From NCBI RefSeq assembly GCF_001194135.2, contig NC_068985.1:115699153-115763152 (forward strand): DNA of 64,000 bases. The letters are read 5' to 3'. Shown here in pieces: positions 1 to 13,239 of this stretch. The position numbers and the translations under genes are program-made. The DNA is from Octopus bimaculoides. Taxonomy: Eukaryota. The first letter of the stretch is position 1. The number at the start of each line of letters is the position of its first letter. The notes under the pieces are model-generated. The model did no database searches, had not been told where the DNA came from, and saw only the letters and a program-made list of their open reading frames with translations.

Positions 1-33
<33 letters not shown>

Positions 34-296
34 TATATAAATCCATTTACTTATAGAAAATTAATGGCTATCTATAACATCTTTCCATAGGCACCAATAA
101 CGATTCACTCAAATATCTGCTTATAGAAACACATGCAGTCGAATGATGTCACACTGAACGCCATTAATAGGAAATACAAATCCTCGCTTTGATAGAATAT
201 CAATTAGCATGGAGTATCATACACCCGCATGCATATATGTGCACATATCCAATAACATCCTAATGATGCATGCATACCCCCACCCCCATACATATA

Positions 297-384
<88 letters not shown>

Positions 385-1334
385 NNNNNNNNNNNNNNNN
401 NNNNNNNNNNNNNNNNNNNNNNNNNNNNNNNNNNNNNNNNNNNNNNNNNNNNNNNNNNNNNNNNNNNNNNNNNNNNNNNNNNNNNNNNNNNNNNNNNNNN
501 NNNNNNNNNNNNNNNNNNNNNNNNNNNNNNNNNNNNNNNNNNNNNNNNNNNNNNNNNNNNNNNNNNNNNNNNNNNNNNNNNNNNNNNNNNNNNNNNNNNN
601 NNNNNNNNNNNNNNNNNNNNNNNNNNNNNNNNNNNNNNNNNNNNNNNNNNNNNNNNNNNNNNNNNNNNNNNNNNNNNNNNNNNNNNNNNNNNNNNNNNNN
701 NNNNNNNNNNNNNNNNNNNNNNNNNNNNNNNNNNNNNNNNNNNNNNNNNNNNNNNNNNNNNNNNNNNNNNNNNNNNNNNNNNNNNNNNNNNNNNNNNNNN
801 NNNNNNNNNNNNNNNNNNNNNNNNNNNNNNNNNNNNNNNNNNNNNNNNNNNNNNNNNNNNNNNNNNNNNNNNNNNNNNNNNNNNNNNNNNNNNNNNNNNN
901 NNNNNNNNNNNNNNNNNNNNNNNNNNNNNNNNNNNNNNNNNNNNNNNNNNNNNNNNNNNNNNNNNNNNNNNNNNNNNNNNNNNNNNNNNNNNNNNNNNNN
1001 NNNNNNNNNNNNNNNNNNNNNNNNNNNNNNNNNNNNNNNNNNNNNNNNNNNNNNNNNNNNNNNNNNNNNNNNNNNNNNNNNNNNNNNNNNNNNNNNNNNN
1101 NNNNNNNNNNNNNNNNNNNNNNNNNNNNNNNNNNNNNNNNNNNNNNNNNNNNNNNNNNNNNNNNNNNNNNNNNNNNNNNNNNNNNNNNNNNNNNNNNNNN
1201 NNNNNNNNNNNNNNNNNNNNNNNNNNNNNNNNNNNNNNNNNNNNNNNNNNNNNNNNNNNNNNNNNNNNNNNNNNNNNNNNNNNNNNNNNNNNNNNNNNNN
1301 NNNNNNNNNNNNNNNNNNNNNNNNNNNNNNNNNN

Positions 1335-1369
<35 letters not shown>

Positions 1370-2132
1370 GATGTTACATGTCATTTGGCGGAGAATTTAG
1401 GAAGTATACTTTTGCCATCGTAGATAATTTGATGAAGGTTTCAATTATAATTATTGCATGGGTACCCTCTTTCTTGATATCCTCCATAGTGGAAAACGTG
1501 TATTAATATTACTGTAGCCATTTCAGTGATACAATCCCAGGGAACTGTTTGCCATAAATTGTTCACTTTGCAAATACCCAAGCGATTAATGCAGAGAAGA
1601 GTGAGAAAGAAGCTTATACAGCAGACAAACAGCTTACTAGAAAAGCATCTAAGATCAATGAAAGATATTTATTGCAATAAATATCGTATACTGGAAAAGC
1701 TTTTTCAGTTTCAACCAACCAGTCTGTCATTTCCTCCCCTCTGCGTCACATTTCTCCACCTCATCTTCCCTCCCTACCCACCTCCTCATCCTTACTCTTC
1801 CTCCTTCCCCTCCGCCTCTTCCTCCTTCTACTCACCCATCACCCACCTCCTAACTCCCCCTCTTACTCTTCCTCCTTCCCGTCCCCCCTTTCCTCTGTCT
1901 ATGACGTTAAATGCAGTTATCCCGTTTACAAATGTGGGTTCAGTCCTACGGGCAGCCTTCGAGATTTTCCTTTAAAAAGCGTTTTTAACCCAGTTTATAC
2001 ACGCTGTTATTTATAGCTCTATGTGCTTTGAGTTTCATATTCTGAAAGAAAAAAGAAATAACTAATTACTTCACGTTCTTTCAGATTTAAAAAATCTTTA
2101 TCACATCAACAACAACAACGCACAAACATAAA

Positions 2133-2163
<31 letters not shown>

Positions 2164-2849
2164 NNNNNNNNNNNNNNNNNNNNNNNNNNNNNNNNNNNNN
2201 NNNNNNNNNNNNNNNNNNNNNNNNNNNNNNNNNNNNNNNNNNNNNNNNNNNNNNNNNNNNNNNNNNNNNNNNNNNNNNNNNNNNNNNNNNNNNNNNNNNN
2301 NNNNNNNNNNNNNNNNNNNNNNNNNNNNNNNNNNNNNNNNNNNNNNNNNNNNNNNNNNNNNNNNNNNNNNNNNNNNNNNNNNNNNNNNNNNNNNNNNNNN
2401 NNNNNNNNNNNNNNNNNNNNNNNNNNNNNNNNNNNNNNNNNNNNNNNNNNNNNNNNNNNNNNNNNNNNNNNNNNNNNNNNNNNNNNNNNNNNNNNNNNNN
2501 NNNNNNNNNNNNNNNNNNNNNNNNNNNNNNNNNNNNNNNNNNNNNNNNNNNNNNNNNNNNNNNNNNNNNNNNNNNNNNNNNNNNNNNNNNNNNNNNNNNN
2601 NNNNNNNNNNNNNNNNNNNNNNNNNNNNNNNNNNNNNNNNNNNNTTAAATCAAATACAGTTTTAAAAAATTATTTCCATAGTTTTTCAAATGCAAGGGAT
2701 ATTTTCCTTTTTTCTACTTGTCTCTGTGTCTCTTTTTTACTCTTGTTGGTTCTAGGTAGTTAGTAGCAGCTAGTTTGATATAAACTCTTGTCTTCGAGTG
2801 CTTAAGCAGCTGTAGTAGTAGAGAAAGGAGGTGGTGGAGAAGACATTCC

Positions 2850-3510
2850 AAATTAAAGAAGGATCTACAACCAAAAGCCGTACCATACATCTCCACATAC
2901 AACCCTCTTAACAATGAAGCCTTCGACACCATCCTCTAAAACATTCCCCTTCTAAAAAATGGACTACAGAATGAACTTAATCCTCCAAACGCACACCATC
3001 ATAAAGAGTAAAAGACAGCCTAAATCTATAAAAAGTCTCCTAACACAAGCGCGAATATGCTCAACAACAACACAGAAGCTGTCATTAAAAAAAATGCGGA
3101 AGACCCAACTGTGGTATATGTGTCAATGTAATTGAGGGATCAGAGTTCTCTTTCAAACAGAGACAACGTTTGACAATAAAAAGCAACTTCACATGTGCTT
3201 CGGAAACCTGCTACACATATTAATCTGCTGTGGGTGTCGAGAACAATACATAGGTTAAAGATAAAGCAGTCTACGTCAAATAATGGCTCTGCACAGATCC
3301 CAGATGAAATTTCCCGAAAACAGAAAAGTAGCATTCAGCAAACACCTCGATATTTGCGCAAAAAAAAAAAATATATATATAGCTTCAGAATGTTTCCCCT
3401 CTACCAATTCAGGGACGATACAACCTGTAGTCAGCGCATTAGTAAAGAGCCATTCTTTATCACAAAATATAAACCCCTTTTGAATGCATCCACATCACCA
3501 GGGCCTTAGA
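2850..3510 (+). mobile_element. Penelope-like element (PLE) remnant: linker plus GIY-YIG endonuclease, frameshifted
   Basis: Stitching frames gives VPYISTYNP..IIKSKRQPKSIKSLLTQAR..KKCGRPNCGICVNV..FTCAS..LICCGCREQYIG..MALHRSQ..FSKHLDIC..FFITKYKPLLN. This has the Cys-rich linker, YIG motif and C-terminal P.LN typical of PLE endonucleases. Several stops and frameshifts. Confidence 0.8.
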
Positions 3511-3670
3511 ATAACACCCACGCAAATATTAAAAGCCATACATTCAAAACAATCACCTCGAGAATTTATTCAGAACAATTCCAATCACTACTATTACAAC
3601 TACAACGGGTCACTTTTCGGTGACTTGACCATTTAGCATCATCCTACTGTCATACCACAACCGCATTCGT

Positions 3671-3754
3671 TTCTTCTTCTTCTTCTTCTTCTTCTTCTTC
3701 TTCTTCTTCTTCTTCTTCTTCTTCTTCTTCTTCTTCTTCTTCTTCTTCTTCTTC
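3671..3754. repeat. (TTC)n microsatellite
   Basis: Perfect TTC tract; source of the poly-Arg pseudo-ORF 3639..3866. Confidence 0.98.
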
Positions 3755-3999
3755 GCCCCCTGCTTTCTCTACTACTACTGCTGCTTAAACAATCAAAAAT
3801 ATGAATCCATATCAAGCTAGCTGCTGCTAACGGCCTAGATCCAGCAAGGGTAAAAAAGAGAGACAAAGACAGGTAGCAAAAAGGAAAATGTTCCTTGCAT
3901 TTGAAAAACTATGGAATCTTGTTAAAAATTATTTTAGCATTTTCTACCTTGTCTTATTATCTTTATACATATCATCTCGTGTGTTGCTTTTCAACCTTC

Positions 4000-4043
<44 letters not shown>

Positions 4044-4084
4044 AACGTATGTATGTATACATGTGCATAAATGTGACTTACTTG

Positions 4085-4465
4085 AATTAACTATTCGACT
4101 GCAGCCATCCTGGGGCACCAACTTATTAAGTTTAACAGAAGAAGCCTTTTCAAGTACTTATTCTTAAAGACTGGTATCTATTTTATCCCTCCTTTTTTAT
4201 TGAACTGCTGGTTACAAGCAAATACCAGTTGTTCAACGGTGAGGTGTACAAGCATCAACGTACACATCCATGCATGCACACACACACACAGAAACATACA
4301 CACACACATATATATAGGACCATTTCCCACACAGTTTTCATCTACCAAACACACTCACGTTGGTCGACCTAAGGCTAAAGCAGAAATCATTCACCAAGGG
4401 TACTGACCAGTTGGATTGAACCCGAAAGCACTTGTTGGCGACAAAGCGAGATGCTTAACCATACA
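4085..4465 (-). mobile_element. SINE family A, old diverged copy
   Basis: Recognisable tail (gactgcagccatcctggggcacc), mid-body (ttttcatctaccaaa..ctcac..ttggtcgacc) and head remnant. Confidence 0.55.
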
Positions 4466-5244
4466 TAAATACCCGTTTGATCGTTCATGTGTAGAAGACA
4501 ACATAAACTACAGTGGTTTGGGATCAAGCCTGAGGTTGTACGACCTTGTATTTAAAACATACATATATTTTCGTATTCTGAATTGTAGTTTTATATATCT
4601 TACAACGCTATTATTTTTTCCGTTGCCATGCTGTGGAGTCTGCTCATTTTGAACTTTAGATTTCCTATAAAATCCATTGGCGAGCAAGTTCAAATCAGAA
4701 AAGCTAATATGTAGAAACGAAATATCATATATAAAATGTAAAAAATAAATAATGAAATGTAAAAGGTATTTGAGTCAATTTGAAAAAAAAAAAAAAAGAA
4801 AATATAAAATGATAGAAAGCAACAATAAAGGCATCGTACACGAAAAAGAAATTGGAACTGGTAAGTGGAATACATTCACTAAAAAATGTGGTTGCTCTGC
4901 ATGAAAGAACATAAAACTATTGATCGTTCTGATTTTTCAATTCAAGTTGAATATAAAAAAAAAAAAAGATTACTTGCACAGAACAACAGGTTACGTGTGA
5001 AGATTGATGAGATAGTCAAATCATAGAAATTCAGCTGACCTCAAAGGTCTATTCGTTAATCCCTTGTATGAACGTGCTGTAAGAAGTATATATCGATGAA
5101 GAGAAACTAAATGACGTCTACCATAGTGTTGAATATATACGCATTCTACACCAGATGTGATTATTTACGAAGCTAAACCCACTGATTTACTGATGGAGAG
5201 AGTCAACATGAAAGAGATATTTGACCCTATAATATTAATTTTAA

Positions 5245-5640
5245 ATTTTTGCCCAAAACCAGCAATTTGTTGGGTGGGGTTTAAATCAATTTCATTAACC
5301 TCAGTGCTCAACAGGTTCTTAGATTATAAACCCTGAAGCGGATGGAGGCAAAATCGGTAGAGTTTGATCAGAGAACGTAAAGATGGACGAAATGCCGCTA
5401 AGCATTTTGTCGACTGGGCTAACGATTCTTCTGGCTCGCCGCCCTAAATTATTTGGCAATATCGGTTTCAGATTCTGGCACAAGGCCAGCAATTTAGAAA
5501 GAGGACTCAAGTTATTTTCATCGACTCCAGTGCTCAACTAGTACTTATTTTATCGACCCCGAAATAGTGAGAGGCAAAGTCGACTTCGGCCAAGTGGACC
5601 TCGGCAAAATCGACCTCGGCAAAGTCGAACTTTTGATGTG
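5245..5640 (-). mobile_element. Cluster of SINE family B fragments
   Basis: gtacttattttatcgaccccgaaa..ggcaaagtcgac matches the family B central domain seen in many other copies in the window. Confidence 0.7.
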
Positions 5641-5833
5641 AAATATTCTATATGCAGTCATCAAGTAGGGACGAAGCGTATAATTGCTGACAAAATACCC
5701 AAAGGATATTATGTCTATGTTGAGGATGTCATTGGTTTTGACCAACCTGTTGAAGAGCACGTTAAAAAAAGGTTAGTTGAACTGACTTCAGTTGTGAAAA
5801 CCTCGACATTTCAACTTTAAAAAAAATATATTT

Positions 5834-6038
5834 TGAGTCATTTCACTGCGGCCATGCTGTAGCACCGCCTTTATTCGAGCAAATCGACCCAGGACTAATT
5901 ATTTGTACGCTTAGTACTTATTCTATCGGTCTCTTTTGCCGAACGGCTAATTTACAGGGACATAAACACACCAGCATCGATTGTCAAGCGATTTTGGTGG
6001 GACAAGCACAGACATATGAACATATGCACACACACACA

Positions 6039-6107
<69 letters not shown>

Positions 6108-6234
6108 CGGGCTTCCTTCAGTTTTCGTCTACCAAATCCACTCACAAGACTTTGATAGGCCCCAGGCTATAGTAGAAGACCCGTAACCATGTGGTTGGTA
6201 GGCAAGCTACTTACCACACAGCCACACTGCGCCT
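5834..6234 (-). mobile_element. SINE family A (tRNA-headed), near full length, with internal microsatellite
   Basis: On the minus strand: aggcgcagtgtggctgtgtggtaagtagcttgcc head (A-box-like TGGCTGTGTGG; the B-box region is deleted), body, (CATA)/(TA) slot, and the gcatggccgcagtgaaatgact tail. Confidence 0.92.
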
Positions 6235-6349
6235 GTTAAATAATGACAAATATCTTCTCCACCAAGCATATATCTGTTACCTAAAATTTGAAACAGAAAA
6301 TGGAGATATTAGAATTCATCATTGATTAACCTTTATTGTAGAAAGCTGC

Positions 6350-6950
6350 AACATAAACGATATGGTGACGTTTACCGGGAATCACGCAGTGAATCATAGT
6401 CAATCCTTTGCACTGCGACTAATCTAAAGCTTCATGAAAGTCTACGAAATGTTCAACGTTAATTCGTCCTCAGGACACTACACCATATTCCTGAATGTCA
6501 GACTGAATATGTTATAGTTTTGGCTAACAGAGTCTAATCCTAATAATAAAATTGAGCCAAAAGTCTATCATATAGAATCAATCCATTCTGCTGTTTCGAA
6601 TTCTACTATCAAAAGCCGTATGTATGAAATTACAATGACTCAACCGAATACATGGTTCCCTTCTGATAGATCGAGCTTTGCAGGTAATCGATCAAACTTT
6701 TGATCCATTGAATATGGTCCCAGTGGTGATTTCTGCATTATCGACTTAGAGGAGAATCCAGCCCAAATTAGCTGTAGTTTCAATGATGTATGATTCATCG
6801 ATGGTTTCGATTTGGCATTCTGAGAATTTGTGTTCTAGAAGCTTCCAAACAAGAGCAAATCGGCATCGGTTCTAATATCGAACAGAAAATCATAACTTCA
6901 CAGATTCCATCCATCGTTCAAGGACGAGCAAAATAACAGATAGACTAGAG
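6350..6950 (-). mobile_element. Tc1/mariner-type transposase remnant, heavily decayed
   Basis: Minus-strand frames give RTQILRMPNRNH..LIWAGFSSK..IHTA..TAEW, resembling the Tc1/Tc3 MVWAGFS region. Many stops. Confidence 0.5.
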
Positions 6951-7230
6951 CGTCAAAGTACAGGTGAATATGAAAATAATTAAAAGTTATTATGGTCGCT
7001 TCCAGTCGACAATAATTGAGATATACTACAGACGAAAGCAAGCGGCAACAAACCATTTACAATAATTTCAGAGAAGAGTACACTCCTTTTCAAAATAAAG
7101 GGGCATATAAGCCCTAGACAGAATAAAATGAAGGCTTTCCTATCCGTGTAGGAGTCGAAACCACATACCTCTGTTAACACGACTAAGTGTGTTACCTTTA
7201 CACAACCGAGTCAGCCTCTCCAGTTCTGTC

Positions 7231-7312
7231 AAGTGTCTTCTTCTATAGCCTCGGGCCGAGCAAAGCCTTGTGAGTGGATTTGGTAGACGGAAACTGAAAG
7301 AAATCCGTCGTG

Positions 7313-7348
<36 letters not shown>

Positions 7349-7499
7349 AGTGTATATATATTTGTGTCAGTGCTTGTCCCCACAACATCGCTTGACAGCC
7401 GATGCTGGTGTGTTTAGGTCCCCGTAACTTAGCGGTTCAGCAAAAGAAACCGATAGAATAAGTACTAGGCTTACAAAGAATAAGTCCTGGGGTTGATTT
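7231..7499 (+). mobile_element. SINE family A, 5'-truncated, runs into a gap
   Basis: ctatagcctcgggccgagcaaagccttgtgagtggatttggtagacggaaactgaaag, then (TA)n slot and body up to aagaataagtcctgggg. Confidence 0.9.
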
Positions 7500-8170
7500 N
7501 NNNNNNNNNNNNNNNNNNNNNNNNNNNNNNNNNNNNNNNNNNNNNNNNNNNNNNNNNNNNNNNNNNNNNNNNNNNNNNNNNNNNNNNNNNNNNNNNNNNN
7601 NNNNNNNNNNNNNNNNNNNNNNNNNNNNNNNNNNNNNNNNNNNNNNNNNNNNNNNNNNNNNNNNNNNNNNNNNNNNNNNNNNNNNNNNNNNNNNNNNNNN
7701 NNNNNNNNNNNNNNNNNNNNNNNNNNNNNNNNNNNNNNNNNNNNNNNNNNNNNNNNNNNNNNNNNNNNNNNNNNNNNNNNNNNNNNNNNNNNNNNNNNNN
7801 NNNNNNNNNNNNNNNNNNNNNNNNNNNNNNNNNNNNNNNNNNNNNNNNNNNNNNNNNNNNNNNNNNNNNNNNNNNNNNNNNNNNNNNNNNNNNNNNNNNN
7901 NNNNNNNNNNNNNNNNNNNNNNNNNNNNNNNNNNNNNNNNNNNNNNNNNNNNNNNNNNNNNNNNNNNNNNNNNNNNNNNNNNNNNNNNNNNNNNNNNNNN
8001 NNNNNNNNNNNNNNNNNNNNNNNNNNNNNNNNNNNNNNNNNNNNNNNNNNNNNNNNNNNNNNNNNNNNNNNNNNNNNNNNNNNNNNNNNNNNNNNNNNNN
8101 NNNNNNNNNNNNNNNNNNNNATATATATATATGTATATATATATATGTGTGTGTGTGTATAACTTTTATG

Positions 8171-8755
8171 TACAGGAGTGACTGTGTGGTAAAGAGGCTT
8201 GCTTCCTAGCGACATGATTCCGGCTCGAGCTGCCCAAAGCATTGTAGTTAGATTTGGTAGAGAGAAACTGAAAGAAACTCGTTGTGTGTATATATGTGTG
8301 TGCATGTGTGTGCATGTGTGTCCCACCATCACTTGACAACCGGTGCTAGTTTGTTTAAATCTTTCAGACTGCGACAACCTTATATTAGCTTAAAGGACCA
8401 TAAGGAAAATTTGCTACGAACCTTTTCTTAGCCTCATCTTCCTCAAGTTCTGATATAGGTAGGGTTAGAAAAAATTATATTAGAGAGAATTCTACTCCAT
8501 TTTCGTTCCAAGCTTACACTAAGCCTCTAGACTAACGCTCCAAACGTATGTGTGTGTGTCTGACTGTCTGCCTTTTTGTCTCCCACCACCGCATGACAAC
8601 CCGTATTGGTGTGTTTACATCCACGTTACACATCGGTTTGGCAAAAGAGAGCGATAAAATAAGTACAGGGCTTAAGTTAATAATAATTCGACAAAAAATC
8701 CTCAAAGCAGTGCTCCAGCATGGCCACTGTCTATTGACTGAAACAAATAGAATAC
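8171..8755 (+). mobile_element. Two partial SINE family A copies (about 8171-8357 and 8548-8755)
   Basis: Diverged head and body, then a body plus gtgctccagcatggcc..gactgaaacaaa tail. Confidence 0.7.
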
Positions 8756-8800
8756 TAAGAAAAGAATATAAATATGAAGTATGTATATACCTAGACAATT

Positions 8801-8890
8801 GTGGAGGCACGTTGCTTCGAGTTGGGTTGTTGCATTCAGAATCGTAAGATTGTGGTTTCCTGTCTTGCACTTCATTTCCACTCCATTTAG
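8801..8890 (+). mobile_element. SINE family D head fragment
   Basis: tggaggcacgttgcttcgagttggg..cagaatcgtaagattgtggtttc is a decayed tRNA-like head resembling the 44.8 kb copy. Confidence 0.4.
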
Positions 8891-9256
8891 CAGATAAAAA
8901 TGAGGAATCATTCAACAGAACAGCGTCCTGTCAACGGTAGCTATATATACGCCAAAGAATACAGGATACTGGATATTATGAGCTTAGAGCTCAGGAGAGA
9001 CCTCCCTTTAATCACTTGATCCTTGAGTACACGTCTAATACAAACATACATAAATACTTACAGTAACACACGCATAGGGTAAAGACAACGAACTTTAAAA
9101 CCGCCAATAAAGGAGGGACAAATTTTGGCAAGTATCGTATTAGTTTTATGCTTTACTGGGTGAAAGAGAGATGCATAACGTTTCGGAAATCGTTCTTTCA
9201 CAAGGCAAGAGAAAAACATAAGAAGAACGAGAAAGAAAAAAAGTGAGAGTATAAAT

Positions 9257-9435
9257 CTGTGTTCCGTAACCGGTATACCGCGGCGTGGTACGAGGCGATG
9301 CTAAGTGTACCGCAATGTGACCTTAATATAATTTCTTCCCACTATAATTTTAGTTATACTTCTAGTTCAGGAGTGTCGCATAATTTTGAAAATAATATAA
9401 GTGTACCGCAAGTGAAAAAAGGTTCCGGAGCACTG
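9257..9435. mobile_element. hAT-type MITE (179 bp)
   Basis: Imperfect 15-bp TIRs (ctgtgttccgtaacc / ggttccggagcactg, 12/15) flanked by a perfect 8-bp duplication gtataaat at 9249-9256 and 9436-9443. Confidence 0.8.
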
Positions 9436-9477
9436 GTATAAATCAAAGAAAACGTTGGAAGATATGCGTTCATAATC

Positions 9478-9532
<55 letters not shown>

Positions 9533-9616
9533 CATATGAATGTGTGTATGTGTGCATGACTGTCTGTGTCTATGTGAATATGTGTGTATATATATTTTCA
9601 TATTTACATATGTATG

Positions 9617-9682
<66 letters not shown>

Positions 9683-10397
9683 TATATGAAATATAGATAT
9701 ATAATACGTAGAAAGGAGCAATATTTTTCTGATTTTATACCGGTACATACCAATTCATGCGAAAACACGTGAATCAATACGCATATGCGTATTTTTGTTT
9801 GCATTCTTTCGTGTGCTTGTATATGCGTGCATTTTATGTTTTAGTAGGTGTCTGTATTCATACATCCATTCCAACGACACACTGAATAAAATAAGACGGT
9901 CAAAGATCTCCTGACATTAAATGCTCAAATGGAAAGCATTAAGGCTTTTTTGTCCTGGATCCTTGAAAATGATCCACAATAAGATGTCTATTAACACACA
10001 CTGTATTACATTTATGAGCTTCTCCGAGTGTATGAGTATATGAGCGTACAACTATATATATGAATGGCTGTATTTGAAATTCATATGTACATTGTGTATG
10101 CATGAATGCATGTGCATCCCTGTGTGTTTGTGCGTGCCCGTGTGTGTGTATGCGTGCACATGTGTGTGTATATTTATGTGTGTATATGTATGTGTGTTGT
10201 ATGTATGTGTGTGTGTCTTTGAGAATAATCTCTGTTCATTTTCTGAAGTAACATACGTAGTAAACCTTACTTGACAAGAAACCTGAAGAGTTTATCAAAG
10301 ATAATATAATCTCCATAGCTTTAGAGGAAGAGGAAATATTACGCTAAGTATGAATATATGTGCACATACATACAATATATANNNNNNNNNNNNNNNN

Positions 10398-10441
<44 letters not shown>

Positions 10442-12467
10442 GTGTTTGTGTGTGTTTATAAAATATGTTCATATATATATATAATATAATATATAATATA
10501 TACAATATATAATATATTAATACATATGTGTGTTGTGTGTGTACATGCGCACACACACACACACACACACACACACGCTCACACACAAAAGGATAAATAT
10601 CTGTGCGTGCTTATGCGTCAATATCTGGATGGCAGCGTCAGCATAATCTTTACTATGCTGATAATCTTGTCTTCACAGGCCATGAACTGTATGATACGGT
10701 AACCTCCCATGTGAATGTTACATCCAAAATCAGTCTCTTTCTCGATGTAATGAAAAAAGAAGAAAACAAAAACTTAACACCATACTCATCAATGGAGATG
10801 AAAGTCATATAGTACACAAAACAAGGAGCTGAGTGTCTTTCCAGTGATATTTTCCCCTATATTATTGAAATACTTTTGGGCATGTAAAAGATAAAACAGG
10901 TGAGTCTGCAATGCACTTGAAAACCTAAAGCAATCAAGGATTTCAATCTGAAAAAAAAAAAAGGCTCTGTATAATGTACCTTCTTCAAAGCATGAAGAGA
11001 AACACTTTTTCAGTCTGGATCCAGAAAAAAAAGGGAGTTTCACGATTGCTTTAGTTATATTCACATGAGACTTTTCATGAGGAATCAAAACATGGATTGA
11101 GCCGAAGACGAAATGCGAGATTTAATTTATGGAAAAATTTTATCAAAGTCCACTATTGTCGTTAAACCTCAAGTTAGCTTCCGAGCCTCGGCTATGATGT
11201 TCAAAAAGAAGCCATATCGGAGATTTCCCAACTTCATATTGATATTAGTGGCGGAGATAGATACATAAAATAAAATTGAATATCTATCAAAGGTAAAAAG
11301 GGGATAGAGATTGCTCAGCGGCTCGGCGTTCTGGCAAACATCTCGGTTGCGACTGCTAAAAAGATAATACATACATACATACATACATACATACGTACAT
11401 AGATACATACGTACATACGTACATGCATACATACACACATGCACAAGCACACACACTCACGCGCGCATATATATATATATGTACATATATATATNNNNNN
11501 NNNNNNNNNNNNNNNNNNNNNNNNNNNNNNNNNNNNNNNNNNNNNNNNNNNNNNNNNNNNNNNNNNNNNNNNNNNNNNNNNNNNNNNNNNNNNNNNNNNN
11601 NNNNNNNNNNNNNNNNNNNNNNNNNNNNNNNNNNNNNNNNNNNNNNNNNNNNNNNNNNNNNNNNNNNNNNNNNNNNNNNNNNNNNNNNNNNNNNNNNNNN
11701 NNNNNNNNNNNNNNNNNNNNNNNNNNNNNNNNNNNNNNNNNNNNNNNNNNNNNNNNNNNNNNNNNNNNNNNNNNNNNNNNNNNNNNNNNNNNNNNNNNNN
11801 NNNNNNNNNNNNNNNNNNNNNNNNNNNNNNNNNNNNNNNNNNNNNNNNNNNNNNNNNNNNNNNNNNNNNNNNNNNNNNNNNNNNNNNNNNNNNNNNNNNN
11901 NNNNNNNNNNNNNNNNNNNNNNNNNNNNNNNNNNNNTATATATATATATATGTGTATCTGTATATATATATATATATATATATACATATTTAAAACTATG
12001 TATATATACATATATACACATGCATATACAAACTATGTATATACATGGATGCACATACATATATAAAACTATGTATATGCATATATATGTGTGCATGTGG
12101 GTATAACTATGTGTATATAGAATGTGTGTGTGTGTTGTATGTGCGTGTGTGTCTATGCATGTATGATGTGTGTATGTGTGTATACTTTCTCATACACATA
12201 CTGGCGTTTATATTTACTCAGATCCTAACATGAACGAAGACACGCGCGATATTTGTGAGTGTTCATATTTTCCCGAAACCTATTATCTTAATCATCTTAA
12301 ATACCACCACCGCAGTCCTCAACACGGCTCGCTTTCTTCTCTTTTCACGGCAGCATCATCTCCTTCATTATAATCGTTATTTTCATCTCATCATCATCAC
12401 GATCCTCATCGTTTCCCCATCATCACTCTTTTTCTCGTTTGTTGCTATCATCATTAAAGTTAAAACC

Positions 12468-12543
12468 ATGAAACGATCTATTTTCTATGGAAGGACAGCT
12501 GTAATAACAGACGTGATTCATGTGTAGGAGTCGACGGGGAACG
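12468..12543 (+). CDS. Candidate exon end with strong 5' splice site (AACG|GTAAGT, intron starts at 12544); contains the short ORF MKRSIFYGRTAVITDVIHV* (uORF or recoded start)
   Basis: Non-repetitive region; ATG in aaaaccATG context at 12468; TAG at 12525-12527; consensus donor. No homology recognised. Confidence 0.3.
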
Positions 12544-12803
12544 GTAAGTGTCGATCTTTGCGCGAGAGGTGTTATGTATGGGGAGATGCAGTGAGCTGAT
12601 ATTTCAACTGCAACACCCCTTTGCCTTTTTCTACTCCGCTACCATGACATTCTTAGTCCTGATAGTTTTATCATGAAAGCGGCTGATCTTCAAACCGACA
12701 CAACCTCTTACATGTCAACAAATATCTGTATATTTAGTCATGTCATGAGAAAATTATCTCCAACGTGTCTCTATGAATAGCTATTTAAACGGTAAATGTG
12801 CTG

Positions 12804-12815
12804 CGCGCATGCGCA
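12804..12815. promoter_or_regulatory. NRF1/EWG-type motif CGCGCATGCGCA
   Basis: Exact match to YGCGCAYGCGCR in a non-repetitive, relatively CpG-rich stretch about 260 bp downstream of the candidate donor. Confidence 0.35.
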
Positions 12816-12983
12816 GGAGTAATGCTATGTGCAGTGCCTGCTTTTGTGAATGTGTGTGTGCTGTTTCGTTTCTACTATATATATGTTATGTGCGTGCGCG
12901 TGTGTGGAGCGTGTGTTATCATAATCCACTTGCTTTGAACATCATCAATGTCATTTCCACTAATCTGTGCCTATATTCGGGCT

Positions 12984-12997
12984 TCTACTATACGTGT

Positions 12998-13063
<66 letters not shown>

Positions 13064-13180
13064 GTGTGTGTACACATATATATCTATATATAGGAATACA
13101 TTCTTGTATAAGTATACCATCATATTTATTATACACAAGTATATACACTTATACGCATATACATTCATGTATATTTATGC

Positions 13181-13233
<53 letters not shown>
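12984..13233. repeat. (GT)n tract (about 12984-13070) and (GAAA)n tract (about 13181-13233)
   Basis: Direct reading of the sequence. Confidence 0.95.

Positions 13234-13239
<6 letters not shown>

Noticed and set aside
1380-1700. Possible Penelope RT tail on the minus strand (QERGYP-like motif)
   Set aside because: Only one short motif is recognisable; too decayed to support.
4990-5820. ORF 5638..5820 and nearby text as a host exon
   Set aside because: Faint resemblance to RTE C-terminal motifs suggests an old LINE remnant; no splice support.
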